From positions 325,689-389,688 of the forward strand of contig JAWSUS010000001.1 in NCBI GenBank assembly GCA_033549025.1: a DNA stretch of 64,000 nt, read 5' to 3'. This document shows, in pieces, positions 60,786 through 64,000 of this stretch; the stretch's first letter is position 1; every line of letters begins with the position of its first letter. This DNA comes from Desulfuromonadales bacterium (GTDB lineage Bacteria; Desulfobacterota; Desulfuromonadia; Desulfuromonadales; SZUA-540). Under the pieces are notes generated by a model, which was not told where the DNA came from, did not search any database, and saw nothing but the letters and a program-made list of their open reading frames with translations. The position numbers were made by a program, and so were the translations under genes.

Positions 60786-62006
60786 ATGTATAAAAACCCA
60801 ATGCAAATGGAGCCATTGCTCCCAAAGATAACAAATGAACTTGAGGATCAGGCCCGAAATGTCCTTGGCCGTTCCGCTACGCTTTGCGGAATGCTGCCCC
60901 CCGTTACGCAGCAGGCACTGACCGAACTCTTGAGAATCGTCAACAGTTACTACTCGAATTTGATCGAGGGTCATAGTACCCATCCGGTCGAGATCGAGCG
61001 CGCCATGCGCGAGGATTACTCCAATGAGCCTGCCAAGCGCCACTTGCAGTTAGAGAGTCTGGCACATATTAACTGTCAACGCCAAATCGATAAGTTATTG
61101 GAGGCCAATCCTGCAGTAAATGTCGCTGATAGTGATTTCCTGCTATGGGTCCATCGAATTTTCTATGAGCAAATGCCCGACGAACTTCGCTTGGTAAGAA
61201 ATGAGATTACGGGTGAAGCACTTGAAGTCGTCGGCGGAAAGCTAAGACAAAACGATGTCCAGGTGGGCCGACACATTGGACCAGCCTGGGCCTCTCTGCC
61301 GTTGTTTTTGAGCCGTTTCGGCGAGTGTTATCAAACCGAAAAACATCATGGCCTGATGCCAATCCTGGCTGTAGCCGCATCCCATCACCGGCTCATGTGG
61401 ATTCATCCTTTTCTCGATGGCAATGGTCGCGTTGCTCGTCTTTACACGGATGCCGCTTTTCGGAAAATACCCCTTTTGGGATATGGCCTTTGGAATGTTA
61501 GTCGAGGGCTCGCCCGTTCCCGTGATGACTACATGGCTGCGCTTTCTTGGGCGGATGCCTCACGAAGAAATGATTATGATGGGCGCGGACCTCTGTCAAA
61601 TGAAGGGTTAACGCATTTCTGTAGGTTCTTTCTGTCTGTTTGTCTGGACCAGATTGGCTATATGGATGAATTGCTACGTCTTGACGGGCTGCTAGAGAGG
61701 CTTCGTGGCTATGTGCAACTGCGTAGTGCCAAGGTATTGCCTGGCCCCGCTAAAACGGCAAGTCCGTTGAAAAAAGAAGCGGTTTTCATGCTCCAAGAGG
61801 TCCTATTGACGGGGGAGGTGACTCGGGGGGACCTGGTAAGGGTTTCTGGGATACCTGAGCGTTCAGCACGTCTTATTATCGCCCAGCTTTTAGAAGAGAA
61901 GATTCTTGTATCTGAAACGCCCAAGGGCTCGGTTAGGATGGCATTCCCAACCCACCTGGCCGGTTTTCTTTTCCCGGAGCTGTTTCCTGTTCAAATGACG
62001 ACTTAG
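60786..62006 (+). CDS. Fic-family protein with N-terminal inhibitory helix and C-terminal winged HTH
   Basis: HPFLDGNGRVAR; SNLIEG matches (S/T)xxxE(G/N). Confidence 0.92.
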   Translation: MYKNPMQMEPLLPKITNELEDQARNVLGRSATLCGMLPPVTQQALTELLRIVNSYYSNLIEGHSTHPVEIERAMREDYSNEPAKRHLQLESLAHINCQRQIDKLLEANPAVNVADSDFLLWVHRIFYEQMPDELRLVRNEITGEALEVVGGKLRQNDVQVGRHIGPAWASLPLFLSRFGECYQTEKHHGLMPILAVAASHHRLMWIHPFLDGNGRVARLYTDAAFRKIPLLGYGLWNVSRGLARSRDDYMAALSWADASRRNDYDGRGPLSNEGLTHFCRFFLSVCLDQIGYMDELLRLDGLLERLRGYVQLRSAKVLPGPAKTASPLKKEAVFMLQEVLLTGEVTRGDLVRVSGIPERSARLIIAQLLEEKILVSETPKGSVRMAFPTHLAGFLFPELFPVQMTT

Positions 62007-62392
62007 ATATAGCGTCAAGGGTTCGCCTTATTAAACCAGAATCCTTCGTGGTAGTTCACTATGGGAGAGAGCAAGTACCGGTTATGGATGATAAATCCCA
62101 GGTAATATAAGAACCTATTTCAGGACAAAATATAAGACAGCCCAACCTATTCTGATTTCAAGTTGGGCTTTTGAGTATCCTGAATTTCGTGACTTTTCGG
62201 ACGGCGTCGCCCCAGCAACCTAAGAAAGAAGATGACTTTTGCCAGTTAGAGCAGGGGCTTGGCTCCCCCTTGGACATTATTCAAATATTTTTCACACGTC
62301 CGTAGGCAAAAAGCTAATTGACGAATCGTCTATTGATCGGTGACCGATCTCCAGAGGCGTCGGTAAGCTCCCGCCTGGATAAGCTCTTTTTC

Positions 62393-63061
62393 TCATGGGA
62401 CTGCCACACCCACCTTTGCGGTGGCCGTGAGTCTAGCGCCTAATTCAAATGCACTCCTACAGTCCTGCGGAAAGACCTCCTCGCGCCGCTTCTTCTTGGC
62501 CTCCGCATCAAAGCCGGTTGACAGGTATTTCGAATAGTCGCTGAACTGGTAGGTGTCCGTAGACAGAAGGAGATCGCAGTTCCCGAAAATTCGACTCAGA
62601 TACCCCTGCGAGGCGGCGAAGATCTTGTCGTAATTATAAATAGGCAAGTCTTTTTCGGCGATATTCATCGTATAAACCAGTCCAATCCGGAGCTTCCCAG
62701 GAAAAATAGACGCATAGTCGGGTGTGTAGGTGAGAAACGGAAAGAGGAAGCGCTCCAGAAAGGACCTCATTTCACCCGTTTCAGCACCGAAGTACACGGG
62801 GGTTCCCAAGATGAGGACGTCCGCCTCCGAGGCTTTCTTCAGAATGGATGTCAGGCCGTCGTTGACTGCACACCGGCCATAACTCTGACCGCCTATTTTC
62901 TTGCAGGCAAAGCAACTGACGCATCCTTTGAAAACATGATCATAGAGATGCACCAACTCGGTTTCCGCGCCATCCTTGGCAGCGCCCGCCAGTGCATGCT
63001 CAAGCAAGCTTCCGGTATTCCAATTCTTTCTGGGGCTACCATTAATTGCAATTGCTCTCAT
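62393..63061 (-). CDS. Flavodoxin-fold iron-sulfur flavoprotein / NADPH-dependent FMN reductase family
   Basis: INGSPRKNWNT, CVSCFAC...C, GTPVYF; ATG 63061 with GAGGAG RBS. Confidence 0.88.
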   Translation of the reverse strand: MRAIAINGSPRKNWNTGSLLEHALAGAAKDGAETELVHLYDHVFKGCVSCFACKKIGGQSYGRCAVNDGLTSILKKASEADVLILGTPVYFGAETGEMRSFLERFLFPFLTYTPDYASIFPGKLRIGLVYTMNIAEKDLPIYNYDKIFAASQGYLSRIFGNCDLLLSTDTYQFSDYSKYLSTGFDAEAKKKRREEVFPQDCRSAFELGARLTATAKVGVAVP

Positions 63062-63115
63062 GTGTTCTCCTCGTTGCGTAAGTGGTCGACCTCCGAAGGG
63101 GTCCCCCATCGGATG

Positions 63116-63157
63116 GTTCGAATATTGTCGAACTGTTTGGTTCGAGATTATTCGAAT
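63116..63157. promoter_or_regulatory. Two palindromic operators, GTTCGA-N6-TCGAA(C/T)
   Basis: 63116-63133 and 63140-63157, between the divergent flavoprotein and ArsR genes. Confidence 0.7.
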
Positions 63158-63213
63158 CATATTGTTTAGTCAATCATATTTTTGTAGGATGGACTGTGAA
63201 ATGGAGGAACACC

Positions 63214-63558
63214 ATGGCCGCGAGAAATATCGAACAGGAGCAACCGTCGCGCGACGAGATTACTCTGCATAAAGTGCTGCACGCACTAAGTGACCCGGTG
63301 CGACTGGAGATAGTTCTTAAACTCGCCGGCGCCGGCGAAATCGCATGCGGGTGCTTCGGCTTGGCAATGCCGAAATCTTCTTTATCCCACCATTTCAAGG
63401 TCCTGAGGAGTTCCGGGGTACTGGCCACAAGGCGTGAAGGCAAGGAGTGGGTCAATAGCCTGCGAAGAGAAGATCTTGATGCACTGTTCCCGGGAGTTCT
63501 CGACTCCATCATCGCCGCGAAGCGTGTGGGGCGAGCGTCGGAATTCGGGCGCAAGTAA
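63214..63558 (+). CDS. ArsR/SmtB-family regulator
   Basis: ALSDPVRLEIV, KSSLSHHFKVLRSSGV; ATG 63214 with GGAGG RBS. Confidence 0.9.
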   Translation: MAARNIEQEQPSRDEITLHKVLHALSDPVRLEIVLKLAGAGEIACGCFGLAMPKSSLSHHFKVLRSSGVLATRREGKEWVNSLRREDLDALFPGVLDSIIAAKRVGRASEFGRK

Positions 63559-63809
63559 AGTGCTGCCGCAGTGGCTTTGGCTCTGCCTCTTTGTCTGCAC
63601 GGCCACTCGGGCCTTCGAACCGGAGACAGAACCTCACAAGTCATCCTGTTTTCCTGAAGGCGCCCAACGAGCATCGTCTCCGATGATTCCCACAACTCCT
63701 GAATTATGAGAATACCCCGCCCGGTGATCCGAGCGGGATTTCAGTGCTTTAAAAGTCGTGACACTTGAGTCTCAAGCTGTAAACTCTCTGACAGCGAGGC
63801 TGCCAACAC

Positions 63810-63923
63810 ATGACGTCAGAGAATAGACCAAAAATCGAACAGAAATCTCAGTGGAACAAGGTGTTCATTGAGGAGATGGCCTTCTTCGGACAGGGGCCCA
63901 GCGAATTTGCGAAAAAATCCCTG
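63810..63923 (+). pseudogene. 5' fragment of a possible class I SAM methyltransferase interrupted by the IS
   Basis: MTSENRPKIEQKSQWNKVFIEEMAFFGQGPSEFAKKSL; the W...FG.xPS.FA pattern is seen at the N-terminus of such enzymes; ends exactly at the IS end. Confidence 0.45.
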
Positions 63924-64000
63924 TGGGGCGGCTCCAGTTTTCTTGGACACTGATTTGGGATAATATTCCCATGTCCAAGGAGGTTGAAAATGACCGAACA
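63924..64000 (+). mobile_element. Left end of an IS3-family insertion sequence (truncated by the window)
   Basis: TGGGGCGGCTCCAGTTTTCTTGGACAC resembles IS3-type TG...GGACAC ends; GGAGG RBS and ATG at 63990. Confidence 0.65.

Larger units (their letters stand above)
35748..64000. mobile_element. tRNA-Ala-associated genomic (defence) island; right boundary not seen
   Basis: Abrupt shift to AT-richer sequence after the tRNA; Xis-like, CI-like, KfrA, resolvase, RM, Lamassu, Fic and IS genes. No integrase or duplicated tRNA 3' end spotted in the window. Confidence 0.85.

Noticed and set aside
62120..62220. Hairpin AGCCCAAC/GTTGGGCT followed by GGCGTCGCCCCAG, as a degenerate att remnant or right island boundary
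   Set aside because: It does not match the tRNA-Ala 3' end, and the resemblance to a reversed tRNA end is too short to support.

Overview
The window has two parts. Positions 1-35.6 kb are GC-rich housekeeping chromosome, probably from a Desulfuromonas/Geobacter-like deltaproteobacterium (inferred from gene content). It carries a CysZ/EI24-like gene, a solute-binding protein with a PAS-GGDEF-EAL protein, valS, a RomR-like regulator, dGTPase, MucR/Ros, deoCB, argJ, secA, an M23 peptidase, a GNAT, recN, nadK, rarA, amrS, mreBCD-mrdA-rodA, a PpiD/SurA-like foldase, purC and an NCS2 permease. From tRNA-Ala(GGC) (35672-35747) to the end of the window is a compositionally mosaic genomic island. Its left end holds att-like signals, an Xis-like gene, a CI-like repressor whose S24 catalytic residues are substituted, and kfrA with a 19-bp palindrome. 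Next is a 19-kb co-oriented defence locus: Type III-like res and mod, a Lamassu/ABC-3C trio with an Mrr-like effector, a chimeric uvrD-5'/mod-3' relic, an uncharacterised three-gene cassette (TIGR04255-like, HTH, WRQG/CDL protein), a RelE-like-UvrD fusion, and a 1740-aa exonuclease-RecQ-UvrD fusion. After it come a hydrolase, a serine resolvase, Fic, a flavoprotein/ArsR pair and the left end of an IS3-like element. The strongest novelty candidates are the three-gene cassette and the repeat structure indicating that two cassettes were stacked in the same mod-uvrD slot. All family calls come from reading motifs by eye; no database searches were run.
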